The notes under the pieces: generated by a model
Databases searched by the model: none
Seen by the model: the letters and a program-made list of their open reading frames with translations, nothing else
What the model was told of the DNA's origin: nothing
Part shown: positions 10,513 through 22,400 of the stretch, one piece after another
Layout of the letters: each line of letters begins with the position of its first letter
How positions within the stretch are numbered: the first letter of the stretch is position 1
Position numbers and translations under genes: made by a program
Source of the DNA: Ancylonema sp.
Taxonomy: Eukaryota
Length of the DNA stretch: 64,000 nucleotides
Direction of reading: 5' to 3'
Assembly: GCA_050230475.1 (NCBI GenBank)
Contig: JBFLGF010000016.1
Span: forward strand, 62,001 to 126,000

Positions 10513-13109
10513 ATGGCTGTCTCTTTCACATGCGGCCCTAGTTTCCAAGCGCGAAATGCCACAAGTGGATTAAATCCACATGCCGAAGTTTTTATTCCGA
10601 GTGTCGTGTTCAAAAGCGTTCTTCACGCAGATGCCGCGCCGTACGAGCCACTGTGCGGTCGGGAGAAAAAAATAATCCGAGAGACACCGCTGGACGAGGT
10701 GAGTCTTTTTATTTCCCGCCCCTATCCACGTCCGGTCACCCCCGGACATTGACGTTCTAGGAGTGTTTCCAGCATGTGTAAGGTAGCGAGACTCATTCGA
10801 AAGCTTGCGCGGTTGTTCCTACAGGTTGTATTGAGCAACGCGAGCTCTTCCTCATGCACACCTTGCTCGTCACCTCGCTCGGTGCTCCGCCCACAGGAAC
10901 CCCCAACACCTACCGTTCAGACCTTCGAAAACTCCTCCGACGATCTCGTAACATTGCTAGAGGGACCACAAAGGTACCAAGGTGTCCACGCCCGAGGAGA
11001 TGACGAAAAAAAAGGTTAGGATCACTTTTTAGCCTTTATCCATCTCACACAAGTGTATGGCCCTGCTCATGTACCTGGTCATTCTGCCGTTCATATTTGT
11101 GTATCTTATTATGGTGCGTCATAGAAAACCTCTACCATTCGATTGCGGACGCAGACGAAGGTGAGAAGGGGAAGGGGGGTACAGACGTCATGAAATACTC
11201 GGTACTCATTCGTGGCCTTCTACTTGCAAGCCGTGTGTCCACTCCGACCTCTCACGGACCACATCCGGGACTCTGCGCGCCCGTATCCAGCATGTTCCCC
11301 CTTCCTCCTCCCCCAGGGTTCACGAAGACCCCCCGCGCCGCTCCTTGCCCGCCTCTTTGGTTGCCTTTCCCCACAATGCCTCTCCCCACAACCCAAGGCC
11401 CTCCTCCCCCCCCGGGGTTCTCCAAAGCCCCCTCCGCCGCCCTTGTCGAGGTCCCCTCTCTTCCACTCCACGACCAACAGGGGGAGGTGGAGAGGTTGGC
11501 CGCCCTCTTTAAGGTGGCGAGGGGTGGGTGATCGTAAAAATAGACCCCGTCACCGACAGGTGGGTCGAAGACGACTTCGATCTAGAATACATGGTGGGCC
11601 AGGGATCCAACGGCCACGTATTCTTCATGAGGGGCCTCTTCTCCCCCACAGAGTGCGCCGTGAAGCGGATCAGAATCTCCTCCCACGATCCGACTCTCTT
11701 CCTCGCCGCACTCGCCGAAATCGAGAATCTTGTCGCCGTCGAGAACGTCCAGGAGGCCCTTCAACTCTAAGCCGTGTACGTCACCCTCCAACACATCGAC
11801 ATCGTGTTGGAGTGGGCGAGGGGGGGCAGTCTACAAGACGCGATGCAAGACGTCGAAGGAGGGAGGATGAGCGAAGACGATTGCAAAATCGCTCTACGGG
11901 ACCCTTTGCGCGGCCTTGTGGGGTTGCACCGGAGAGAAATGGTGCATTTCGACGTGAAGCCCGGCAACTTTTTGTTGAGCGGGAGGTTGGAGGAGGGGGG
12001 TATGACATGTTGAACTGCACTACTTTTCTTAGTTAAAAGTCAAGTACTCATATGTGCAATTCTGAAACTCATCCAACAAAACGCCATGAATACTTCGACA
12101 AGATAATCTTTCAAAGTCATTAGAGAAAATGTATGGGTTCCAAAGACCCTTAGTACATGCGTCTGCTACCACAAACGACTCTCACAAAGATGCTATGCTG
12201 CACTTGACAGCCCCAAGCCTATGATGATATCCACTTGTCACCTACGTGTCAATACGCGTCACAATGTCTCAACTAGTGACTACAAACGTGACACGTTGTG
12301 ACCAGCCAAAACTTACACATGTCCAAAATATGCCAACTATTGTCACCACGTGCATATCTCTAAATGAAACACATCACACAAAGAATGAATGACTCAATTC
12401 TGACCACAGACGACGCATATCGGTCACTTCAAAGTTTCGACCCTCGTATTATCCGCCCACCCTAATTTAGCACTCAAACGCTATATTTGTAGAATCGATA
12501 TCTTCCTAACCACAACTCCAAATCAACTTATTTCTTCACTCAAATGTTTCTTACAAAAAACTTATCAAGAATAGCATCTACGTATTTTCGCTTTCATTCT
12601 ACAAGCACTGATTCTTCTTTTCTCACACAGGGGGGGAGGTGCCGCGGGGGTTCCTTGGGGACTTCGGGAGAATGAGACTCCCGGATGACGGATGGATGCG
12701 GGGGGGGCACACGGGAATCTATGCGGCCCCCGAAGTGACGAACGGGGCCCATTACACCCCAAAGGCGGACGCCTACTCCTTCGGCGTAAATATACTCGAA
12801 GTATTGTGGGGGAGCCCGCCCACAAAGTTGTTGGAGGCGGAGACCGGGTGCCTTCGATCTAATCTCTATAAGAATTCCGTAGGGATGTTGGCCCCCTCAT
12901 GCATCCACTTGGTAGGTGGCCTCCTAGAGAAAGATCGAGCTCGTAGACTAAGCTCGGTGGCGGCCTTAAACCATCTGTGGTGGAAAGAGAGGCACCGGGG
13001 GGGCCCGGGGGTTTTCGAGGCATTTCTCTCTCCTTTTAGAGACAGTGAGAGTGGGGGGGAGGAGGGAGATGGGGGGGGGGGATTGGGGATAGGGGGGAAG
13101 AAGATGTAG
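10513..13109 (+). pseudogene. Ser/Thr protein kinase (non-RD) with a Pro-rich N-terminus; disrupted
   Basis: Kinase motifs VGQGSNGHV, CAVKR, AEIENL, VLEWARGGSL, HFDVKPGNFL, GDFG, YAAPE, DAYSFG and RRLSSVAALNHLW. Plausible 5' exons start at ATG 10513 (donor gtgagt at 10699, acceptor ending at 10824). Lesions: 1-nt frameshift near 11525, TAA at 11768-11770, solo LTR at 12001-12629. Confidence 0.85.
12001..12629 (-). mobile_element. Copia solo LTR (family of 24632-26557), antisense within the kinase
   Basis: Reverse complement is homologous to the 24632-25233 and 25971-26557 LTRs (shared end gtagtgca..tca...atgtcata and shared internal tagtcactagttg). GGGGG on both sides as TSD. Confidence 0.85.
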
Positions 13110-14559
13110 TGGAACATACAATGGAGAATGGGGAAGTGAAGAGAATCGAAGAGGAGGGGGTAATGGAAGTATTAGAGGACGAAGAAGAGTGGCAAGTAGG
13201 TTAAGAGGGACAAGTGGATGGAGTAGAGGAGGTGTTAGACTCGTATGGAACGACGTGTCTAGCTTCTATAAGCAATCTCAAAAACTCAGATAAATGCACA
13301 TGGCAATGGGAAGTGCAAGTAAATAGGGGGAGAATACATGAATTGATTAGGATGCTGAATGAGTACTCCTAATGGGTTTAAATACTATTCTATAACTAGG
13401 GTCGGAACTCAACTCGTTATAGAGGAAAACTTAACATACCTCGATATAAGAACACGCTGGAAGTTAGGGCCTAACAAAGGACTAACTGATGATGAATTAT
13501 AATAATCAAATTAGGGCTTAATAACTAGGAAATCGGGATTATAAGCTAAGAGCTAGCTAAGGGTAGGGCACACTCTAGGGGAACTCTAGTGACAATAGAG
13601 GGAGTCCTAAGAGTACCCCCCCCTCAAAGGTGCGGCGTGCCGCGTAATGGAGAAGGGCAAACGCCTGGGCTCCGGGCTGGAAAAATGAGCCGAAACAAGT
13701 CGGGCTCTCGGCCACGGAGAACTGATGGCGGGGCTCAATCGCGGGGAAAATAATGAGCGCAGGGTCGTAGGGAAAAAAACGGGCTCCCCTGAAATCGGAC
13801 ACTAAGAGCAAGGACCGAAATATAGACGGTTGGATGGGGACGATCGGAAACAAGAAGCTCGCGGAGCAGCGGTAACGGCCTTCCAATCGGAATGTGTCAG
13901 ACATAGGTGGAGGATACGGTGGCTCCACGTGGACAAAAATGGATTTTAAAGCGATTGCGAACGCCGTGTTGGCAGAGATGAAATATGGGGACGGCTGGTG
14001 TGCCGTCGGATGAAGTGCAGTGGACAGCTGCGATGGAGAAAATTTCTTGAAAAACTTGGCGAGCTGCGAAACGCCGATGCAGATGGGTAGTGCCGAGTTC
14101 CCAGGTTCGAGAATGTTCCGATTACGGCAGGGATGCAGGCCAGGGCATTGACGGTTAGAGATGAGGCCACGTCGCCAAAGACGAGCCGAAGACGGGAACC
14201 AGGGACCGGGTTCCCACGCGAAACACCGCAGGCATGGCACCTGGGGGTTCAGGAAATGGCTACCGTAGGCTGCACGTGCGGAGTTTGTAGCTGCCGCTGG
14301 CAGGGAGATGGCTCGCAAATCGGTGGTTGGAGATGTAACGAATCACTTTTAGGTAGGCGGTTCTGGTAGGTTGTTCGGTCAGACCTTGTATAGGTGAGTT
14401 GGGGTCTCAAGTAGTATCTAGGTTTTTACCTCCTTTTCACGTTTCAATGTGGAACCTCAATTCACATTGGCATTGGTGAAGAAGCTAACATTTTCTTGAT
14501 ATTTTTTTGAATTTGTGCAGGTATTGAGCGCTACATGTATGCGTTGTAAATGTCGTGTC

Positions 14560-14900
14560 CACCGCCATTGTCGGGGTCCCGTCTCATCCCTTCCACGACC
14601 AACAAGTTGAGGTGGAGAGGTCCGCCTCTTCAACTTGGCAAAGGGTGGGGGAGTCGTCGAAATAGACAAAGTCACCAAAAGGTTTGTCGAAGACGATTTC
14701 GACCTAGAGTACATGGTGGGCGAGGGCTCTAATGGCCGCGTCTTCTTCGCGAGGGGTCTCTTCGACACGATAGAGTGCGCGGTGAAGCGAATGACCATCT
14801 CTTCCCACGGCTCGACTATTTTCCTCGCCACACACGCGGAGATTATGAAACTTTTCGGAATCTAGGACATGTCGGTGGCCCTATGACTCCAAGTCGTATA
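14560..14900 (+). pseudogene. Second decayed copy of the kinase N-lobe
   Basis: AKGGGVVEIDKVTKRFVEDDFDLEYMVGEGSNGRVFFARGLFDTIECAVKR aligns with 11515-11740 and then breaks off. Confidence 0.85.
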
Positions 14901-15229
14901 CGAATGTAGAAGCGAAGTGAAGAAAAGAGGAGGGTCGAATTTGTTCATAATTCAAACCTTCGTCTCTTCACTTCTCGGATTCAACTGTTATTTTGGCCTC
15001 AATTGGATGAACAAATGCGGGAGGGTGATAGGGGCCTCTCTGGAGGATAATTGTAAAGAGAAAGGCGTCGACAACTTGTTTGAGCCACGAGAATCGGATG
15101 TCGAAATCATAACGACACACTTACCAAAACTAAAAACATATATTTGCGATATGGATATAAGCCAGCGTGACCACCACATGCTCTCACTATTTTTCTTCAT
15201 TTTTTCTAGCTCGAACCCCTTGGTATGCT

Positions 15230-15600
15230 CCCAAAACTAGTATTGATGATTCGGGATCCTAGATGGATTTTTGAAAGACTTAAACCATACGTGTTGTAGG
15301 AACGTGTGGTCGGAGCACCATGCGAGGTGATGAGAAAAAATAGTTTGTCGAAAAGCTCGCGTTGCTCAATGAAGTCTACAAAAAAAAAAAACGCAAGGTT
15401 TTAAATAACTTTGAAGACCATACACGTGCTCAAGGCATTCCTATAACATCAGGTGGGTAACAAACACGGATAGGTAATCCCCATCTCCTCGAGCCCCATT
15501 TGTTGGTACAACTTCGTTTTTCGACCTCGTACGACGCGACATGTGCTTCTGACCGCTTTTGAAAGCGACTACTCAAAGAAAAATAAGTCTAGCATGTGGA
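15230..15600 (-). pseudogene. Inverted, diverged copy of the kinase 5' region (about 10560-10970)
   Basis: Reverse complement shares blocks such as ttgagcaacgcgagct and tcacctcgc..ggtgctccg.ccaca with 10830-10900. Confidence 0.7.
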
Positions 15601-15778
15601 TTTAAACCAGGGGTACTATAACTCGCTTGGAAATAGGGCCGAGGTAAAAGATAAGGTAACGGATTGTTCACTGTATTCTTCACTGGTGGTATTGCAAGTC
15701 AACGCAAAAAAAAAAAAAAAAAAAAAGGGGTCGTACGACATGGAGATATCCGGTTCAATGGTGGTTTCAATGGTGTTC

Positions 15779-15873
15779 GGGGGACGGGGGGACGGGGGGA
15801 CGGGGGGACGGGGGGACGGGGGGACGGGGGGACGGGGGGACGGGGGGACGGGGGGACGGGGGGACGGGGGGAC
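15779..15873 (+). repeat. (GGGGGGAC)n tandem repeat, about 12 units
   Basis: Read directly from the sequence. It produces the spurious GGTGGRGD and PPVPPSPR ORFs. Confidence 0.95.
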
Positions 15874-17169
15874 GATCCGGCCGTTGAACTGCCCCGCTTG
15901 GATGGATCCTCGGCAGAAGAGATGAGTGGGTGGGATTGTGGGTGGCAGAGGCAGAACGAATTTTGTCGCAGCCGGACTTGAATCAATGGTCCAATACTCA
16001 ATTGAATATACTGTATATCTTGCATATGGCTCATATCTCGTGTGTTAACACAATATTTGCTACATGCACAATGTTGATGGGCCCCAAATTGTTCGTACAC
16101 GTTTACGGCATATACCTTCCGTTCACGAAATCGAGAACTCCGAATAAATGCTAGAAGAGCAATTCCGTACAGCAACCCTAATAGATTATTTTTAACGATA
16201 TTATTTAAGGGAATTGTGAAGGGATAAATCATGGATTGTTAAGGACAAGGTTGTAACATGATCTAGATTTCTGCACAACGCAACTCTAAGATACAATGTC
16301 CGTCTCTAATTTCAGACTAAGCCACATTGTCGTATCCTATAGGACTTCTGTATTTTATGTGCGGCACGATACAAACATCCGGCGGGCTAACAACCGGTTT
16401 TCGGTTTTTTAGATGTTCGATCTAGGGATTACAGATTATGTGGCAGTGAAGTTACTCGTTATGGGTTACGGGTGTCGTCCATTGAGATCTATGAGTAGAA
16501 GAGTACAAGTAATGGAGCATGTGGTTACGAATCCAGGGGTCATTTCCATGCCCGTAACCTTGGAATAACCAGCTAAGTCGCAAACCTATAAGTTCGACGG
16601 TAGTCAGACCAGCCAACATGTACGGGTTTTTTTTTTTAACCGTGGGTTTCATCTCAAGAGTTAATCTTGAGCGACGGCTAGGGATTCATAAACGGACGGC
16701 CCAGAGATGTGTGATTCGCATAACCTAGATCTTGCTGAATGCGACAGCCTTGTCTGTCATCATTTAGTTTCGCTCAAAATTGATTATGAGTTTTGCACCA
16801 TTGATCTTAGGGACGAAGGAAATAAAGCGTCGAGTGTAGTAGTCGAGTGCAATATCAGTTGACATATAAGACGAGAATAAATGTATACTACTAAAGGATA
16901 GTGTTCATCAGTAGAAATTAGAATATCCGTTATCAAGTTGACAATATGACTTTATTGGTTAATTACTTTGATACTTATATTATGGGTTAGCTGTAAATAA
17001 TAATTATCATTTTTCATCTTTTGTAACTTATTTGTTTTATAGATTGTCCCCCTTCCCCCCCCATAAAAGTTTATAAATAGTAATTAAATCAAATGTACAA
17101 ACCTTGGCTTTTGACCCATAACCCATGCCCCGGACTCGACAATGACATTCCTATGTTTTGCAGATTTAG

Positions 17170-18370
17170 CAAACGGAGGGTGCATGCCCGATGACCATAA
17201 CCGGACATTTACTTCACACACCACGGTGGAAAACACCACGTGTGAACATACTTGAAGCCCGACCGATTTCTTGAACGCCCCTATAGTTAGGTAGGCGGAT
17301 GCTTCCGGTTTGGTGAACCCAAGACAAAACGCATGTCTTGAATATGATTTGTGGAGATCGTCACACACTGAGTGTATAGACGCATTGAGCTTGGTTGGCT
17401 CATTGTTCTTATTTTACTATACTTGAAACGGATACACAGGTGTGGAAAAGGAGAGTGACCAATAAAATATAAATATGTACATAAACTAAATACATATACA
17501 CATATTTTTTCGGTCTACAAGACGGAGAATACACGATGTAAATGATAATTATTAATTGTTGTCAATTGACCTTGTGTTTGCCACATACCTTCACCTCCCA
17601 GTTTACGTCCACTAGATGCAAGATGTAGATTTCGGTGCAACAATTACACCAGCTCGCAATAATTGCCATGTAGATGAAGGAAATACTCTTGGATATTGCT
17701 GCCTCTCGTTTTTTGCCTAACTTCGCTTCCGGCTTATCGAAGGCTTCCGCCTTCAAGACACTTCTTGCCTGTGAACGCGATGCTTCAGCGTCGTCGCTTG
17801 AAGGTTACTCTACTTGCTCCACCAACGTCGCAAAGTCTCAAGAAGTTGTCTTTGCTGTCACCCGTCGCATGCAAACCGAAATATCCGAATGAGAGGCCTT
17901 TTGTTCGAATACTTGATAAGAGGATGCGAAATTACGCCCTTGGAGTTATTGTCGTCAGATAATTTGGAGTCAAATAACTTCGCAACCGAGAAGGCATTCG
18001 GCACGGGTAGAGTTCGGATATCTTTTGGCATCAAGCATTGCTCAAACCGAGATGCCTGCCGAAAAAAGTGGCCGCCGATGAGTAACCTTCTGGCATACAC
18101 CCGGCTCTGGGGCGAAGTGGATAAGGAGCTGAAGACAGATGGCGAAGGGTCAAAGCGGAGCTGAGCCGTTTGTTAGGGGCTATGTACCAACGTGGCAAGG
18201 CAATGACGTGCCACGCGGGCGCCTGCCCTACTCTTCGCGATTGCAAGAGAGATTCAGAGCTTCTTTTTCTTCTCAAGAATCCTGGCATTTTGTGTGCGCT
18301 ATCGCCAACCACGACGCATCTGACAGGAGAACTGGATGGCCTAGCCCGACATGCTGAAGCTCAGGAAGGC
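17170..18370 (-). pseudogene. Second, more decayed copy of the TrpRS-exon segment (homologous to about 3480-4600)
   Basis: 17250-17340 reads VLSWVHQTGSIRL / IGAFKKSVGLQ across a frameshift. Flanks are collinear with the first copy (gtcacacactgagtgtata, cggtctac, aagctcagga). Confidence 0.7.
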
Positions 18371-18516
18371 AACCCCTGACAGTACAAATGTCAAATCGCG
18401 AGGTTTACACGTGGTATCAAGAACGCGTGCGATGAAATTGTTTGTCCCGCTGGCATCTGGCAAGCGCTACCGTGGCAACGAACGTGGCGTTCTGGATGTT
18501 AACGAGGAGCACGGAC

Positions 18517-19440
18517 CAGTGCAGTCTTGATATAGTGATACACTGTACAGTGACAATCGCGATATAGTGACATTTTTTCGGCCTTTTTTCTAATCCTATA
18601 TAAAAACCGACTCTATATAGTGACAATCGCTATAGTGACACACGTTATAGTCATAGATATACCCGCCCGCGGGCGGAAATATTTTCACCCGTCTTCGCCC
18701 GGGGGCGATTCCGCCCGTGGGCGCCGCCAGCCGCCCGTGCCGGGCGCTTTGAATTTCGGGATTTCAAGAAAGCAAGTTCAAAAAAACATAGCTTCTAGAC
18801 GTTTTATGATATTCTTAAAAAAAAAAAAGGTTTCATGTAGATGAAACTGTGTAGTTGATATTAGCATTTTTTATTTTTTTATTTCGATCAATGTGGAGTT
18901 TTAAAAACTACAAACACCAGAACCCTAAAAAAGCTCTACATACCCGCACGCCACGTGGACATTCCCGCCCGCGGGCGGCGCCAGGCGGAGATTTTGACGG
19001 GCGTTTTCATCTATGCTTACAGTGACCAAAAATTCCCAGATTTTTGTATTGCGATGTCACTATACGGTGAAACCTGTGTAAATTTACACTGTGAAACCTG
19101 TCTATTTTAATGCATGATATTCCACCCGAATTGTTTTTAGCCAAAAGGTGACGCGTAAACTAATCCCCAGTCTAATTTCATTTTTTTTTATGGTTCCAAC
19201 ATTAGTCATTTAGACAAGTTTTACTATAGCGAGAGGATGTTGTAACGAAAGCCGTTTAGATGAGCCACCTCCGTTAATAATATCGATCTGAATTTCACTT
19301 TCTCTCGATATAGTGACATTTGCCTATTGTCGCCTTATTAAATGTCACTATACAGTGTATAGTGACAGCCCTAACATTCGATATAGTGGCATTAAATCTA
19401 TTAAATCTACAAAATTGTCACTATTGTCGAGACTGCACTG
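18517..19440. mobile_element. TIR non-autonomous DNA transposon with a nested hAT MITE
   Basis: TIR CAGTGCAGTCT / AGACTGCACTG with repeated subterminal ATAGTGACA / TGTCACTAT motifs. No clear TSD. Confidence 0.7.
18652..19015 (-). mobile_element. hAT MITE, same family as 38204-38612, opposite orientation
   Basis: CATAGAT...ATCTATG ends; 8-bp TSD gttatagt / cttacagt; highly similar to the reverse complement of 38204-38612. Confidence 0.85.
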
Positions 19441-22400
19441 TATGTCGAAGCACGACAAAAACGATCGAAGCGAGAGTGCGTGTCAATTTCTGACTGGCGG
19501 ACAATCACCAGTGTCATTTGCCGATCTTGTCCGTGGCAACCGCGCGGCGGCCAACCGCGTAGCCGCACGGTGGCCGACCCCGACCGCGCTCATATTGGTA
19601 ACGGTTGGCCCACCCGACGGGCAGCCCCCCACCCGGTTAGGATGCGGCTGGGGCGGTTGAATTGCGGGTGGGAGCGGTTGGGTTGCGGTTGGGTACGGTT
19701 GAGAGTATCTTCTTATTTATTGTTAATTACTTTTTTTTTTTTTTAACGTCGCAAGTACGTCATTTCATAGTTTCTTGTTTATGTATATTTCAATCATATG
19801 TGAAGTGTTTCCTAGAGCTAATCAATCCTTTTCACATGCTCATTTTGAGAACCATCACATATTCATTTAGGATGTGTACGCGTTTATGTTTATAACGTTG
19901 ACGTTAAACAATTACATGATTATACCACACTCGTAAATTCCAATTTTATTATATTTTTCCAAACTTCTCTACATTTTATTAGAGCGCTCATGTGGGGGAT
20001 TACAAGGGGACATTATATCAATGTGTTCATGTTGTCATGTATGTTATTTACTCTAACATCATTTGACAAGGCGAAAGCCGAGTCCACAACATCAAATGCA
20101 AATTCTCTTCATATTGTATTCGAATAATCAAACTGGGCTGAATCGTTTATCTCATTGCATTGACATGACTTATACTTCACCAAAGCTAAAATCTAATGCT
20201 CCGACATCTTTCCATTAGTATTTCCAACCAACCTCTGAATCATCTATGAGACACTCAAACAGTTTCTAATCTCACCATCATCTTACTTGAAGCGAAACAT
20301 AAGTTCCCTCCCAACCATCATTGCACCATATTGCATATTATGTTGTTGCTTCCTCATCTATGCATCGATACATAACTTTATGAATTCTATTTCAAAACCT
20401 AAAATATAAATATTTCACGTGTGTGCTTTTTCTCGTGCTCGGGTGTCCACGAACATTTGGACGGCGAGGTTTAGAGGTATTGCCAGGGGTATTTGTAGCC
20501 GGAGGTAGTGGTGGGGCTAGGAGTAGATGTAGAAGAGGGCGTCACCAGAGCTTGTACAAGGTGGCTGAGAAGCCTTCCCATGCATCTACTACTAGTGTGA
20601 GCATCTTACTTCGATGGTTCGATTTTGGTTTGACGCAGTTCTTGAAATTTTCATTCCAAATTTGTATTTTGCATCCAACTTTTGAATTCGAAGTTTTGAA
20701 ACTTTAAATTTTCGTTATTTTTCGCCAACCGCCCAACCGCACCCCACCCGGGTGGTACTTTCCCAACTGGGTGGCGGTTGGGATGCGGCTGGGAAAAAGC
20801 CATCCGGGTGGGATACGGTTGGGCGGTGGGGTGCGGTTGGGCGCTGATGGTACTTAACCTACCGCGGAAAAAAATGCGGAGGTAACAACCCTACACGTGG
20901 CGCAAGTAGCGTGGGGGTAACCCTGGTTTTTCGAGCCGGTTAAATATTAACCCTTAACGTAACCCTGATTAACCAATTTGAATTTTTTACCCCGATTAAT
21001 CCTAAATAACCCTGATTGTTTGGGTTATTAACCACAAAATTACAATTTGAAAACCTTTTTCAAGAGGCATTTTGCGGGTTGATTATTTCCATTTATTTAT
21101 TTGATTTTTGGGAGCCCTACGTGTTCTCCCTAGGCACCACATCTGACACGCCTCGTGTTGGTGACATTTCCGAAGTAAATAAAAAAGAGGAACAAGGATG
21201 GTAGGAGGCTACAATGTCAAGTATGTATTATTTGGTGGGGAAATGAATAAAAAAACTCGATGTATTCGTAGATGAGGCAAAGGCACTAGTAGTCAAAAGT
21301 AGTAGACTACCGACCAATTATGAATGTGATGTGTGATATGTGATGTGTCTGTATTAGAGTTTGATTACGAAGTTTTTTGATAATTATGGTAAATGATAGG
21401 CTATACTAATTCGTTGATTCGTTGAAATATAAACAATGTAAACTTTGGTATTTCAGTAATCGTTTTGTTACATTGGAGACTCTCTTGATCTCATGTGAGC
21501 AATGGTGAAAATGAACGAATGAGAAAATGTGAAAAAAATTATTGCAAAAAGTTTCTAATTGGTAGTAATGGTGATGGGGGAGTGAGAGCAAAAAGTACCT
21601 AGTCAAATTTATAGAAAAAACGAGTGAGCACTTTGGTTTTGGGTTTCTTATTGATTTACGGCATGGAAAAAATCATTTTTACTACATTTTCAATAGATGC
21701 ACATTGAAAAATTACACGATAAAAAACAGTTCCGAAGTTTTTTTAATTGGGAAAAAAACAAAAACCCATAAAAATTGATTTTACCCTAAATCGCCAGTCC
21801 GAGGTTTCAGGCCTCGAAGGACGGATCCCGGTCCAAGATGCGGACCTTCGAGCCCGGTTATGAAGGTTCGGGTAATTATGAAAAATTGTGGATGCCCGTC
21901 ATTAATGGCACCATCGTATCAATGGAAAATCCAAAAGAAAATTTGAAACGACAAACATGTGAGTGCTTTCTTCTGCCATCGATGCAAGAATAAAGCAAAC
22001 TTCTCTTTAACTCTTAGGAATCAAGTTATCACGTCATTACAAGCATCGACACAAAAAAGTGCGAACTTGAGGTAGAAAGTATTGATTGCAAAATTATGTA
22101 TGCAAGACCAGACCTAGTACAGTCGAGTGTGATCGATGAAGCTACGTAGTCAAATAATTTTTGAGATCGAAACTACTCGGTCAACACCAATTATATCTTA
22201 GTATTTTGCCACATCATCTATCCGCACTTGTGCCAGATGGCCAAACTTGTCGACACAATCATTGCAACATGTACTTCGGCCTGCATTCGTTGAATATTAA
22301 CAAAACTAAAGCTAAATTCCCGAGTTCACCAAAATCGATGCAACGAGAAAAATTCAGAGCACCTAAAAACTAACACCCCCTCCTTGGGTACTTTTGTTTT

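Noticed and set aside
13575..14318. 247-aa minus-strand ORF
   Set aside because: No recognisable domain; the adjacent sequence resembles repeats at about 5330-5400 and 34790-34990, so it is probably transposon-derived non-coding DNA.
15596..16232. Gly-rich and Pro-rich repetitive ORFs
   Set aside because: Translations of the GGGGGGAC array and a poly-A run.
16455..16570. Imperfect fold-back (GGTTACGGG / CCCGTAACC) as a miRNA precursor
   Set aside because: Only about 9 bp of clear pairing; cannot be supported without folding and small-RNA data.
20060..20620. Possible Myb/SANT-like relic (WTPEHEK...FIKLC) of a Harbinger element
   Set aside because: Too short and stop-ridden to support; no matching termini identified.
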